DNA of 64,000 nucleotides from Dehalococcoidales bacterium (GCA_034414775.1 DAOULX010000019.1:13891-77890), one strand, 5' to 3'. Counted from the stretch's first letter, positions 45,072 to 54,636 are shown. Notes: a model not told the origin generated them from the sequence alone. Numbers and translations are program-made.

Positions 45072-46428
45072 CCGCCAGACTGACGGGAAGTTTCTGGATC
45101 AAGAAGTTATATTTTCCTCGAGCTGTGCGGGGGATTTCCTCCACGAAACGTATCTCCAGTTTCATATCATCGCCCAGTTTTTTAAGCAGTTCCGCCCTGA
45201 TGTAATCCGTATCCCCATCGGTATAGCTGTCCTTCCTGACGATTTTGAAGACGACCTCCCCCTTTTTCTCCTGGTAGAACTGGAACTGGGCCACGTTCTC
45301 GAAGACGTCCGAGTGCATGTTGATGGCCGTGATGGAAATGGGCCGGTTGTTCGTGGCGACGATAAACTCTTGGAGCCAGCGGCCCCGCACGCCCTTGATG
45401 CGGGGGTACTGCCGGCGGCAGTGGCAGTCGCCGTCGGCCCACATGGCCAGGTCGTCAGTCCGGTACCGGATGAACGGCATAGCTAAGCTGGTAAGCGCCG
45501 TTCCCACGATGTTGCCGGCCTCGTCGGCGTTGGCAACCGGGCTGCCGTCCTCCCGGACGAGCTCGGTAATGCCATATTCGGGGAAGAGGTGGTACTCCCG
45601 GTTCGTCTCGCACTCACCGGCCAGCACCGCCCTTTCGGCGTGGCCGTACCAGGTATAGACGCGGCATTTCAGGGCTTCTTCCAGGAGCTCGCGCTGGCCG
45701 GGATACATGTTTTCCGAGCCGCAAAGGACCGCCCGCAGGCCGTTAAAAGCCGCGGTACCGTTCTTTTTCATGAAACGCGCCACTATCGATACCGTCGAAG
45801 GATAGGCCTGGATAAAGCGTGGTCGGAACCGTCGTATCTCTTCAATATAGCGGGGAATGTTGTCATTCGCCAGATGGTAAGTCGACAGCACCAGCCAGCG
45901 GTCGAAGAGCGTTTTTTCCCAAAGCCGGCCCGCCTCGGCGCCGGCTACGACGCTACCCTTGAGAACGGCGCACCTGTCACGGAAATGATAGCCGACACGC
46001 TCCCAGAGCATCTTGATGAAGGCCCATTCCGTTGCCCGCGATACCGCTTTCTCATAGTAAAATCCGAGGGGAACGCCCGTAGAGCCGCCGGTAGTAACGT
46101 ACTCCAGCCTGGCGGGGGAATAGTTGCTGGATATCAGGTCTTTCAGGTTAGTGCGGACCAGGTCACGGGTCAGGAAGGGCAGCTTTTTAAGGTCGTTGAA
46201 GTCCTGGATGTGCCCCGGTTTGAGGCCGCGTTCGTCAAAGACACGGCGGTAGTAGGGGACGCTAGTATAGGCATGCTCCAGCAAGCGGCCCAACTGCCGC
46301 ATCTGGTACTCCTCGAGCTGTTGCCGGCTCCACCACTGCGATTTTTTTAAAAGGTTATAGGTCTTCAAGAAAGCCGGTAGCGCCGGCAGCAGGCCGACCG
46401 CTTTCTGCGTTACCGATGCTTCTTTCAC
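45055..46428 (-). CDS. Adenylate-forming enzyme of the phenylacetate-CoA ligase / CapK / F390-synthetase family
   Basis: TTGGSTGVPL AMP-binding motif and a C-terminal RTARGKYNF. 17-nt overlap with the downstream GT gene. Confidence 0.8.
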   Translation of the reverse strand: MKEASVTQKAVGLLPALPAFLKTYNLLKKSQWWSRQQLEEYQMRQLGRLLEHAYTSVPYYRRVFDERGLKPGHIQDFNDLKKLPFLTRDLVRTNLKDLISSNYSPARLEYVTTGGSTGVPLGFYYEKAVSRATEWAFIKMLWERVGYHFRDRCAVLKGSVVAGAEAGRLWEKTLFDRWLVLSTYHLANDNIPRYIEEIRRFRPRFIQAYPSTVSIVARFMKKNGTAAFNGLRAVLCGSENMYPGQRELLEEALKCRVYTWYGHAERAVLAGECETNREYHLFPEYGITELVREDGSPVANADEAGNIVGTALTSLAMPFIRYRTDDLAMWADGDCHCRRQYPRIKGVRGRWLQEFIVATNNRPISITAINMHSDVFENVAQFQFYQEKKGEVVFKIVRKDSYTDGDTDYIRAELLKKLGDDMKLEIRFVEEIPRTARGKYNFLIQKLPVSLADDADV

Positions 46429-46440
46429 CGCACTTTCAGG

Positions 46441-47502
46441 CTAGCCGACCTGGTATTTCTCCTTCATCCGGGCCACCACCATCTCCAAAGCACGGGTCGT
46501 CTCCCGGCCCTCCTCGGCTGTAATCGGCGGTTCGCGGCCGGTAATCACGCTATCAACAAAGGCACCGATGATTTTATTGTGACCGAAAAACTCACCCCTC
46601 CTGGTGATTACGTTGAGTGTATTTCCTCCCACCCCGCCGGCTGTACGGGCAGCCCCTCCCAGGGCGGCTGAAGCCAGCGAAACAGGGCTCATCTTCCGGT
46701 TCTTACCTTCCCGCACCAGCAACATGCCGAGCAGATCCAGATGCAGGGCTCCATCCGTCCCCAAAAGGTCGAGAGTCGAGGCGCGCCTGTGGCTGCTGTA
46801 GGAGATGACGATAGAGCTGTAGCCTTGCTCGCCTTCGAGGTCGATGCGGAACTCGTCGAAGGGGGCCCAGGGGTGCTCCAGGCGGCGCGTCGCAAAGACA
46901 TCGGCGCCTTTGATATTGCCGATAAAGGCGATGGACTTGTACACCGGGTGTGGCCCCGTCTCCCCGATGACGCCTCCGGGGAGCTTGTGTATCCAGTAGT
47001 CCTCCCTCATGATCATCTCATCCTGGGGATCGGACATGAAGATACGCATGCCAATGAAGTCCCCGATTACTCCCTTCGCCACCAGTTGCCTGGCTTTAAC
47101 AACCGGGGGATAAAAAAGCTGGTTGTGGACGATGCACAGCTTACGTCCACTTTTATCGGCGGCGGCTATCATGGCGTCGCAGTCCGAGGTCTTGAGGGCC
47201 ATGGGCTTTTCCAGGATGACATGGCAACCCGCTTCCAATGCCTCGATGGCCAGGGAGGCGTGGACCTGCGGGGGCGTGCAGATATCGATGATGTCCGGCT
47301 TCTCCGCTTCGAGCAGGGGCGCCAGGTCGTTATAGACGCCCGGAATGCTGTTCTTCGCCGCCGTTTCGGCGGCGAGTGTTTCGTTCTTATCACAGACGGC
47401 CCGGAGGGCGGCTTTGCCTTTTAGTCTCAGAAAAGCCGGGATGTGGCGTATGGTGGCGATGGCTCCGCAGCCGACTATACCAACCTTCAACAGGTCTGCC
47501 AT
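46441..47502 (-). CDS. Gfo/Idh/MocA-family oxidoreductase
   Basis: N-terminal VGIVGCGAIATIRHIPA Rossmann motif and an EKPMA block. Confidence 0.85.
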   Translation of the reverse strand: MADLLKVGIVGCGAIATIRHIPAFLRLKGKAALRAVCDKNETLAAETAAKNSIPGVYNDLAPLLEAEKPDIIDICTPPQVHASLAIEALEAGCHVILEKPMALKTSDCDAMIAAADKSGRKLCIVHNQLFYPPVVKARQLVAKGVIGDFIGMRIFMSDPQDEMIMREDYWIHKLPGGVIGETGPHPVYKSIAFIGNIKGADVFATRRLEHPWAPFDEFRIDLEGEQGYSSIVISYSSHRRASTLDLLGTDGALHLDLLGMLLVREGKNRKMSPVSLASAALGGAARTAGGVGGNTLNVITRRGEFFGHNKIIGAFVDSVITGREPPITAEEGRETTRALEMVVARMKEKYQVG

Positions 47503-47517
47503 GATGCCTCCCCGGGC

Positions 47518-48516
47518 CTAGAACCTGGCATCCTGCTCGATTCGTTCACGGTTCTGGATGATCCAGTCATAGGCGGCCCGAATCCCCCGCTCCATGTCCG
47601 TCCCCGGCCGGTAGCCGAGGACACGACCGGCCTTTTCAATGGAGGCCCGCCGGCGTGTGATAAGGTCCCAGTCCCGTCGCGGTACCATCTTCACGCCGCT
47701 CTCGCTGCCGGTCATTTTGTTGACGATATTGGCGATGTCGATGACCTTAGTCTCTGTCTCCGAGGCCAGGTTGAAGGCGTCGCCGACCGCTTCCGGTATA
47801 ATACCCAATTTCAGCGTCCCGTCGACGATGTCATCGACGAAGGTGAAATCTCGCGTCTCTTCGCCGGTGCCGGTGATCGGGAGAGGCTGCTTGTGCAAGG
47901 CCCACCACAGGAAATTGGGAATCACGTTACGGTAGGCGCCAGGTATTTCGCCGGGACCGAAGACATTGAAGTACCGCGCGATTGCCACCGGCAGGCCGTA
48001 GTAGTTATAAAAGAAATTGCAGTAAAGCTCGCCGAGCAGCTTGGTAATCTGGTAGGGGGTATCCAGGTGCAGCGAGACGAAGTCCTCCTTGAGGGGCAGG
48101 GGCGCCCGGCTACCGTAGACCGAGCAGCCCGACGAGGCGAAGACAACCCGCTTCACTTTTGTCAGGTGAGAGTACTGTAATACTTTAATCGTACCCTGGC
48201 CATTAACGGCCAGGTCCGTCTCCGGGTGGTCCACCGAGTTCTGGTTGGCGAAGTGCGCCGCCAGGTGAAAAACATAGTCGATGCCGGGGGCGAAGGCGTG
48301 CTTGAGGACCTCGTCGTCGAGGATGCTGCCTTCGATGAAAGCCACGGAAGGGTCGGCGGGAACGTTCCAGCGGGCGGCCGCGGAAAGGTCGTCGAGGACA
48401 ATGATTCTGGCAGCCCCGGCTTTTATCAGGCCCTTGGTAAGGTTGGAGCCGACGCAGCCGGCGCCACCGGTGATGAGGACTTTGGTGCCTTTGTATTCCT
48501 TCAGATATTCGTCCAT
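47518..48516 (-). CDS. NAD-dependent sugar-nucleotide epimerase/dehydratase (extended SDR)
   Basis: VLITGGAGCVGSN and YQITK (YxxxK). Confidence 0.85.
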   Translation of the reverse strand: MDEYLKEYKGTKVLITGGAGCVGSNLTKGLIKAGAARIIVLDDLSAAARWNVPADPSVAFIEGSILDDEVLKHAFAPGIDYVFHLAAHFANQNSVDHPETDLAVNGQGTIKVLQYSHLTKVKRVVFASSGCSVYGSRAPLPLKEDFVSLHLDTPYQITKLLGELYCNFFYNYYGLPVAIARYFNVFGPGEIPGAYRNVIPNFLWWALHKQPLPITGTGEETRDFTFVDDIVDGTLKLGIIPEAVGDAFNLASETETKVIDIANIVNKMTGSESGVKMVPRRDWDLITRRRASIEKAGRVLGYRPGTDMERGIRAAYDWIIQNRERIEQDARF

Positions 48517-48567
48517 GATTCGCCCCTGAGCCTGTTAAGTTTCACACCCGCGAGGAGGGTTTACCCG

Positions 48568-48576
48568 ATTATAACA
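48568..48576 (-). promoter_or_regulatory. Extended -10 element TGTTATAAT (internal promoter of the glycan cluster)
   Basis: The minus strand reads TGTTATAAT, ~50 nt upstream of the SDR start at 48516. A TTGGCC sits 18 nt upstream. Confidence 0.4.
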
Positions 48577-48649
48577 CTGTAGTTGCCTTGAGGCCAAGTG
48601 ACCGAATGCTAAATGGCACAAAAAAATCCCAATAAAATGACTCAAAGGC

Positions 48650-49858
48650 TTATTTGCCGACTGCCTCCTGTATCTTTTCTTCGAGCTGCCGGGCGATGCT
48701 CTCGTGGCTGTGAGTCCGCAGGACATACTCCAGGCCGGCCTTCCCCAGAGCCGCCCGTCTTTCCGCAGAACCGAGCAGGTCTGTTACCGCTTCGGCCATA
48801 CCGGGCGTGTCCGCAGTATAGACGATACCTTGCTCCTCCCCTAGGATGACAGCGATCATTCCGGGCAGGGCCGTGGCCACGAAAGGCTTACCGCAGGCCA
48901 GGAACTGCACCGTCTTGCCGGGGAAAATGTCCCGTGTGGCGTCGACGATGTTGAAGGTATTGATACAGACGTCCGCTAGGTTGATATACTGCGGCATCGT
49001 CTCGTAAGGCTCGAAGCCGGTGATGGTGACGCTTTCCCGCAGTTTATTTTCGTCGATTATCCCTTCCAGCTTGTCCCGCTGCGGGCCGTCTCCGACGATG
49101 AGCAGTCTGGCCCCGGGCACTTTCCCGGTGACCTGCCGGAAGGCCGGAATAAACGAGTCCAGGCCGCTGAAGTCGAACAGGGTTCCCATGAACAGGACCA
49201 CTGGATCCTTTTCACTGAGGCCCCAGCGGTGGCGGAGGTCGGCGGGGGGAGGCTGGGGATGAAATATCCCGGTGTCCACCGGCATCAATAGCAGGCTGAC
49301 CTTGCTCTCATCCGCTCCCAGCCCTGCCACGTATTTGGTCAGGCCGGGCGTCAGCGCCAGTATCCGGTCGGCCTGGGTGTAGACCCGCTTTTCCAGGTAT
49401 CGGGTGACCGGCCGCAGCGGCGGCGCCACCACCAGCTGGTTGAGGATATCTATCGAGCGGAAAAGGACGGGTATACCGTGCTTGCGGGCGGTACGGATGG
49501 TCTGTATTCCCGTAGTTGGAACGCTATAGAGCACGATAGCATCGATCTTTTCCTGCCGGACAACGTTTTCAATAACGCGGCCACTGGTACATCTCGCAGA
49601 AAGACGGCTCAGACAGGGCGCCTTAATGAAGCCGGGTCGGACAAGCTCCACCGACGATCCGGGCAGAGCCCGGGAGACACCGGGAAACCGCCGCGTCCTG
49701 AGGCTCCCGAAATCGAAGGGGCTGCTTTTTTGCCAGGTATTTTCGTAATCGACAGCGAAGATGCGATGTCCCCGCAGCGAACGGGCTTCCGCCAGGCTAT
49801 GAATATCGAAGACGACTTTTTTAAGCCAGTCTACCTCGTGGACGAAGAGGATATTCAT
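48650..49858 (-). CDS. Glycosyltransferase, GT4-like
   Basis: GT-B C-terminal block (TVQFLACGKPFVATALPGM). Confidence 0.8.
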   Translation of the reverse strand: MNILFVHEVDWLKKVVFDIHSLAEARSLRGHRIFAVDYENTWQKSSPFDFGSLRTRRFPGVSRALPGSSVELVRPGFIKAPCLSRLSARCTSGRVIENVVRQEKIDAIVLYSVPTTGIQTIRTARKHGIPVLFRSIDILNQLVVAPPLRPVTRYLEKRVYTQADRILALTPGLTKYVAGLGADESKVSLLLMPVDTGIFHPQPPPADLRHRWGLSEKDPVVLFMGTLFDFSGLDSFIPAFRQVTGKVPGARLLIVGDGPQRDKLEGIIDENKLRESVTITGFEPYETMPQYINLADVCINTFNIVDATRDIFPGKTVQFLACGKPFVATALPGMIAVILGEEQGIVYTADTPGMAEAVTDLLGSAERRAALGKAGLEYVLRTHSHESIARQLEEKIQEAVGK

Positions 49859-49870
49859 GCCGGGGCTTCC

Positions 49871-50797
49871 CTATTTAATACCATAGACGGTCTTCATCCA
49901 CTCGATCGTCCTCGGAATGCCCTTTTCCGGCGGCACCTTCGGGTCGTGCTTCAGGTCACGGCGGGACTTGCTGTAGTCCATATGCTTGACCTGGGTGGTG
50001 AACGGCTCGGCCTCTTTGTAGGTTACCTGCGAGTCGTCCTTGCCCAGGTAGTTCAGGATGATATCGGAGACGTGCTTTATCTCGCACTCCCATTCTTCCT
50101 TGCCGCCGATGTTGTAGACTTCGCCGGGGATAAAGTTGTCGACGATGTTGGCGAAGGTGCGGGCTGTATCTTCAATATAGTCGAAGATGCGTTTGTGTCC
50201 CATGTAGACGGTATACGGCTCATCGTGGAGGGCTTTGTAGATGAAAGCCGGGACGACGCCGCGGTAGGAGTGGTAATGCTCGTGGGGGCCGTAGGCATTG
50301 ACCGGGCGCACCCGGACGGTCTCGGTGCCGAACATGGCCGCCGAGTTCAGTACCATCAGCTCGCCGGCCCACTTGGTGACGGCGTAGTCGTTCATCTGCT
50401 TGATGGCGAGTTTGTCCATGACGTCTTCGCTCATGACGCCGGTATAGTCGCCGTAGACCTCGGCGCTGGAAAAGAATACCATGCGGAACTTTTTCTGCTC
50501 CTGGAGGCGCAATAGATGCTTGGTACCGATAACATTGGTCTGCCAGAGGTTCTCGTAGTAGTCTTCACCGTTCCAGCGTCCGTACTCCGCCGCCAGATGA
50601 TAAACGTAGTCGTAGTCCTGATTAATAAAGAGCCGTTCTAGCTGGCGGTATTCCCTGGCGTCACACCGGGTGTAGTTGGCTGTGGCCGCCGAGTTCATCA
50701 GATCGCAGACCCAGACATCATGGCCGCGTCCCCGGAGCTCCGGCACCAGGTTAGAGCCGATAAACCCCAGGCCACCGGTTACCAGTATCTTCGCCAT
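49871..50797 (-). CDS. NAD-dependent sugar-nucleotide epimerase/dehydratase (extended SDR)
   Basis: ILVTGGLGFIGSN and YAVTK (YxxxK). Confidence 0.85.
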   Translation of the reverse strand: MAKILVTGGLGFIGSNLVPELRGRGHDVWVCDLMNSAATANYTRCDAREYRQLERLFINQDYDYVYHLAAEYGRWNGEDYYENLWQTNVIGTKHLLRLQEQKKFRMVFFSSAEVYGDYTGVMSEDVMDKLAIKQMNDYAVTKWAGELMVLNSAAMFGTETVRVRPVNAYGPHEHYHSYRGVVPAFIYKALHDEPYTVYMGHKRIFDYIEDTARTFANIVDNFIPGEVYNIGGKEEWECEIKHVSDIILNYLGKDDSQVTYKEAEPFTTQVKHMDYSKSRRDLKHDPKVPPEKGIPRTIEWMKTVYGIK

Positions 50798-50971
50798 CTT
50801 GCCCCCCTTTTAAACATGAAAGTGTACCGTTTCGGTCATCCGGCAAACTCGAGCGTGGTTCACACACCGGATGGTAAGGTAAAATGCCGTCTCGTTTCTG
50901 TAATGGCATTTTAACTGATTATAGACCACCGTCTGGCCGCAATCAAGGCAAATTCCTTTACTCTGATTCTC

Positions 50972-51000
50972 TTGCCAATTGAGTTTAGGTGTGCCATAAT
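50972..51000 (+). promoter_or_regulatory. Sigma70-like promoter of the oligosaccharyltransferase gene
   Basis: TTGCCA, 17-nt spacer, CATAAT, with TGc immediately upstream (extended -10). Confidence 0.45.
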
Positions 51001-51047
51001 AGGCCTAATTCAAGCCCTTCAAATGTATCCCGGTCAGGAGTAGACAC

Positions 51048-53582
51048 TTGAATACTAACAGGTTATCGCCAAGGGTGATTGTCGGTATTCTGCTACTCGT
51101 GTTCTTCGGGGTTTCACTAATTATTCGGATAGTCTTACCTTACGGCCAGGTCTTCGAGGGCCAGATGGTGGTCTACACCAGTGTGGACGGCTACTACTAT
51201 ATGCGCCTGGTCGACAGCATGGTTCACAACTTCCCCCAGTACCTCAGCTTCGATCCCTTCCACATATTCCCGGGTGGTCAGACAATCGAACACCTGGGAT
51301 TCTTTTATCAGGTATTGGCCGGCATCATCTGGCTCTTCGGTCTGGGTAGCCCGAGCCAGAGTTTTATCGATGCTTTCGGCACGCTGTTCCCGCCTATCCT
51401 GGCGGCTTTAACGATTATCCCCGTATATTTCATCGGCAAGACGCTTTTCAACCGATGGGTCGGAGTCATCGCAGCGGTGTTGATGGCGGTTTTCCCGGGG
51501 GAATATCTGGGCCGGAGTCTACTCGGCTTTACCGATACCCCGGTGGTCGAGACTTTCTTCACCGCCACAGCGATGGCTTTCCTGGTTCTGGCAATTAAAT
51601 CGGCCTCGGAAAGGCAGCTGACCGTCAGTCATCTGCTTAAGCTCGAACGGGGTATTTTCCTCCGACCGGTTATTTACAGTCTCCTGGCGGGGGTCTTTCT
51701 GGGCACTTACATGGCCACTTGGAACGGGGGCCTTCTTTTTGTTTTCATCATCACGCTGTACCTGGTGGTTCAGTTCATCATCGACCACTTGAGGGGGCCT
51801 TCCTCCCCTGAAAGGACCGAATACCTGGGTATCGTGGGATTCGTGCTGTTTTTAATTACCGGCATCTTCTTTTTGCCCGTTTCGGAGGAACGATTTATAT
51901 CTGCAGCCGTGGTTATCGCCATAATCATTCCGGTGGCTATGGCGGCGGCTTCCCGCTTCATGTCCAGCCGTGGCCTGAAACCGGCTTATTACCCCCTGGC
52001 CATCCTCGGGCTGGCGGTGGTGATTGGAGGCATCACCTTTGCTATTTCCTCCCGCACCATGGAACTTATGGTCGGGGCCTTCCGTATCTTCGCCCCGGTG
52101 GGTAGCACCGCCGTTACCACGATGGAAATGCAGCCCTTCCTTGCCCCCACGGGTAGCTTCTCAACGGCGGTCGCCTGGGGCAACTTCACCACCAGTTTTT
52201 TCCTCTTCCCCGGCTGGGCGATACCGGGGATCGGGCTGATTGCTTACTTGGTTTTAACTTGGGTAATAACCAAGCAGCCAACGAATAGCCCGCAGCGTCT
52301 GCAGTTACGTGCGGCTAGCGTGGTAATGCTGGCGTTAGGCATTCTGTTACTCCTGATTTACTTTTCCTTGACGTCTTCGGTGGTAATTTTGGTATTCGCG
52401 GCCATTATATTGATACTATTCTTCATTGTTTTCATCTGGCTTTTTAGCAGGCCGGGCAACAACCGAAATGCTATAGTCATCTTCTTCATCTGGACATTGA
52501 TTATTCTTTCGCTGACGCTCGTGCAGCGTCGCTTCGCCTATTATCTGGTGGTGAACATGGCGCTGCTTACGGCCTACCTGTCCTGGGAGATAATCTGGCG
52601 GTTCAGCCTGAAGAAACTGGCGGAAAAGCCGGAAGTGGTGCCTGAGGAGGCCAAATCCAAAAAACGCCGGAGGCGCCGCACCGGTCCCAGCGTGGGTGGT
52701 TATCGCGTTATCACCGGAGCAGTTGCGGTGGTGCTTTTGGTAGTTGTCATACCTTGGAACATAATTAAATCTGTAGAGATAGCCTCGGCACCGGCTTTTC
52801 TGCCCTCGGCGGCCTGGCAGGAGTCACTGACCTGGATGAAAGACAATACCCCGGAGCCTCTCGGGGCTCCTGATGACTATTACCAGCTTTACAAATCAGA
52901 TTTCGAATACCCGGCCTCGGCCTACGGTGTAACATCATGGTGGGACTACGGCTACTGGATAACGCGGATTGGCCATCGGATTCCCAGTGCCAATCCTTCC
53001 CAGGAACCCGATCCGATTTTGAAAGTCGCTTCCCTTTTCCTGTCCCATGATGCTTCCCAGGCCGGGAATATCCTGGGTGAATTGCAGACCAAATATATCG
53101 TCGGGGATCATGCCACCGCTACCAGCAAGTTCTGGGCCATCGTCACCTGGGCCGGCGAGCCACAGGAAAATTACCTACCTGCGTATTTCGTCCAGCAGGG
53201 AGACGCTATCCAGCAGGCGCAAGTCTATACACCGGAGTACTACCAGACGTTATATATCCGGCTCTATAATTTCAACGGTCAAGAGGTAACTAAAGCGAGG
53301 CCGATTGTCGTTGCTTTCACAGAGAGAGAGACGAGCGATGGCGTACCCTACCGCCTGGTTACGGAATCACGGCAGTTTGATAGTTATCCGGCAGCGCTGG
53401 CCTATGTGGAGGAAGCTGGAGCGGAGACCCACGCTGTTGTCGGTAGTAATCCCTTTATAAGCCCGGTGCCACTGGAAGCGGTGCCGGACTTTTCGCTGGT
53501 ATTTGAATCAACGAAAAAAATCAGCGTCCCGGAGGCCGGTTCGAAACCGGAAGTCAAAATCTTTGAATATACCCGGCCTTAG
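51048..53582 (+). CDS. STT3/AglB/PglB-family oligosaccharyltransferase (archaeal-like)
   Basis: 844 aa. A ~13-TM N-terminal domain plus a soluble C-terminal domain. Hallmark motif SWWDYGYWI. First-loop acidic motif VDGYYYMRLVD and second acidic motif GFTDTPVVE. TTG start with AGGAG 7 nt upstream. Confidence 0.85.
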   Translation: MNTNRLSPRVIVGILLLVFFGVSLIIRIVLPYGQVFEGQMVVYTSVDGYYYMRLVDSMVHNFPQYLSFDPFHIFPGGQTIEHLGFFYQVLAGIIWLFGLGSPSQSFIDAFGTLFPPILAALTIIPVYFIGKTLFNRWVGVIAAVLMAVFPGEYLGRSLLGFTDTPVVETFFTATAMAFLVLAIKSASERQLTVSHLLKLERGIFLRPVIYSLLAGVFLGTYMATWNGGLLFVFIITLYLVVQFIIDHLRGPSSPERTEYLGIVGFVLFLITGIFFLPVSEERFISAAVVIAIIIPVAMAAASRFMSSRGLKPAYYPLAILGLAVVIGGITFAISSRTMELMVGAFRIFAPVGSTAVTTMEMQPFLAPTGSFSTAVAWGNFTTSFFLFPGWAIPGIGLIAYLVLTWVITKQPTNSPQRLQLRAASVVMLALGILLLLIYFSLTSSVVILVFAAIILILFFIVFIWLFSRPGNNRNAIVIFFIWTLIILSLTLVQRRFAYYLVVNMALLTAYLSWEIIWRFSLKKLAEKPEVVPEEAKSKKRRRRRTGPSVGGYRVITGAVAVVLLVVVIPWNIIKSVEIASAPAFLPSAAWQESLTWMKDNTPEPLGAPDDYYQLYKSDFEYPASAYGVTSWWDYGYWITRIGHRIPSANPSQEPDPILKVASLFLSHDASQAGNILGELQTKYIVGDHATATSKFWAIVTWAGEPQENYLPAYFVQQGDAIQQAQVYTPEYYQTLYIRLYNFNGQEVTKARPIVVAFTERETSDGVPYRLVTESRQFDSYPAALAYVEEAGAETHAVVGSNPFISPVPLEAVPDFSLVFESTKKISVPEAGSKPEVKIFEYTRP

Positions 53583-53636
53583 TTTCGCCCGGCACCAGTC
53601 TTTTGGCCTTTGGGCCTCTTTAAACGCGGGCAAGCT

Positions 53637-54083
53637 ATGAGCGGCAAGAAGAGGTTGTCCAAGGCTCTTTCTATTATCCTCGGACTTATTATCCTTGGAT
53701 TAGTTGTTGCCGTGGTTATAACGCTTGTTTTTCCAGCGGCGGAGGAGGCCTACACCGAGTTCTATATCCTCGGCCCCGGCGGGAAAGCGGTCGGCTATCC
53801 TTTGGAGTTTACCGCCGGCGATGAGCAATCGGTAATCATCAGTATCGTCAGCCACGAACGTGATAGAAATACCTTCCGGGTCGATGTCGAAGCCGGCGGG
53901 ACGATTCTCGCGGCAGCCGGCCCGATTGTGCTGGACCCTCTTGAAAAATATGAAGAACCCATCGTCTTCACGGTAAATCCGGCCGGCAGCCAGCAGCAGG
54001 TGACATTCCTCCTCTACAAGGACGGGGAGGCGGGGGCCTACCGTTCCCTGCACCTTTGGGTAGACGTGTCCCCGCCGCCCTAG
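53637..54083 (+). CDS. Single-pass membrane protein with a DUF1616-like extracytoplasmic domain
   Basis: N-terminal TM helix, then YTEFYILGPGGKAVGYPLEF..SVIISIVSHERD..FRVDV, which resembles the archaeal DUF1616 pattern as I remember it. The start (ATG 53637 versus TTG 53610) is uncertain. Confidence 0.55.
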   Translation: MSGKKRLSKALSIILGLIILGLVVAVVITLVFPAAEEAYTEFYILGPGGKAVGYPLEFTAGDEQSVIISIVSHERDRNTFRVDVEAGGTILAAAGPIVLDPLEKYEEPIVFTVNPAGSQQQVTFLLYKDGEAGAYRSLHLWVDVSPPP

Positions 54084-54415
54084 ATACTGACCACCTCGGC
54101 CATTAGCATCGTTTCGATTGTCTTTCCCATGGTGGTGGGCTTGCCTGCTTCCAGCTTATTCAGGAGGTCGAAATATTCGAGGCAGGTCGTGCAGGCCAGT
54201 AACTCGACTCCCTGCTCGGCGAGTTGTTTAATGTGGGTCAGGAAGATGGAGCCCTGGCAAACCAAACGCACACCAGAGTTCAGGAATATCATGGCGGCCG
54301 GCTTTTCCGGGCTGTCCGCGAGTAACCGTAGAAAGCTGGACATAAGTAATCGTCCCAGTTGGTCGTCGCCGCGGCCAATGACATCGGATTTGATGATGAA
54401 TGTTTTCCTGGACAT
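54080..54415 (-). CDS. DsrE/DsrF-like (YedF C-terminal-like) sulfur-carrier family protein
   Basis: 111 aa. FIIKSD..GRGDD.LG and a CTTCLEYF block. AAGGAG lies 8 nt upstream. Confidence 0.55.
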   Translation of the reverse strand: MSRKTFIIKSDVIGRGDDQLGRLLMSSFLRLLADSPEKPAAMIFLNSGVRLVCQGSIFLTHIKQLAEQGVELLACTTCLEYFDLLNKLEAGKPTTMGKTIETMLMAEVVSI

Positions 54416-54431
54416 TTCAAAAGCTCCTTAT

Positions 54432-54472
54432 AAAAATAAAAAAGACGATAGCCGGAGCGGCTCCGAACCATC
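54432..54472 (-). terminator. Intrinsic terminator/attenuator between the leader RNA and the DsrE-like gene
   Basis: The minus strand reads GATGGTTCGGAGCCGCTCCGGCTATC (stem), then GTCTTTTTTATTTTTAT. It ends ~15 nt before the RBS. Confidence 0.5.
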
Positions 54473-54517
54473 ACGCCGGGTTCACGTACATATAGACGTC
54501 AGGTAGTATTTTCCCCC

Positions 54518-54636
54518 GGGAGGGTAATGAAGCGGAGGCTCGAACAGTTGACCGGTGCAAAACTTGCACCGAGCCGGTAGGCTCAGACTCAGCCTAAAGT
54601 AAATGACGTGCGGTAGGTCACCGCACTCACCCCCTC
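54518..54636 (-). ncRNA. Candidate structured cis-regulatory RNA (riboswitch-like leader), class unknown
   Basis: A closing helix GAGGGGGT/ACCCTCC encloses three or four hairpins: GTGCGGT/ACCGCAC (54608-54626), AGGCT/AGCCT (54579-54595), GGTGCAA/TTGCACC (54554-54570), and GGCTC/GAGCC. Confidence 0.4.

Noticed and set aside
54518-54636. tRNA or tRNA-Sec, tmRNA, SRP RNA, or a Moco/TPP riboswitch identity for the structured region.
   Set aside because: A T-loop-like GTTCGAGCC is present, but the flanking 5-mers are not complementary and no anticodon arm fits. The region is too short for tmRNA. It lacks the SRP GGAA/AGCA motifs. CACCGAGCC resembles the Moco CUCCGAGCC block but sits on the wrong strand, and no AAAGGAG partner is present. 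The TPP CUGAGA/ACCUGA pair is absent.
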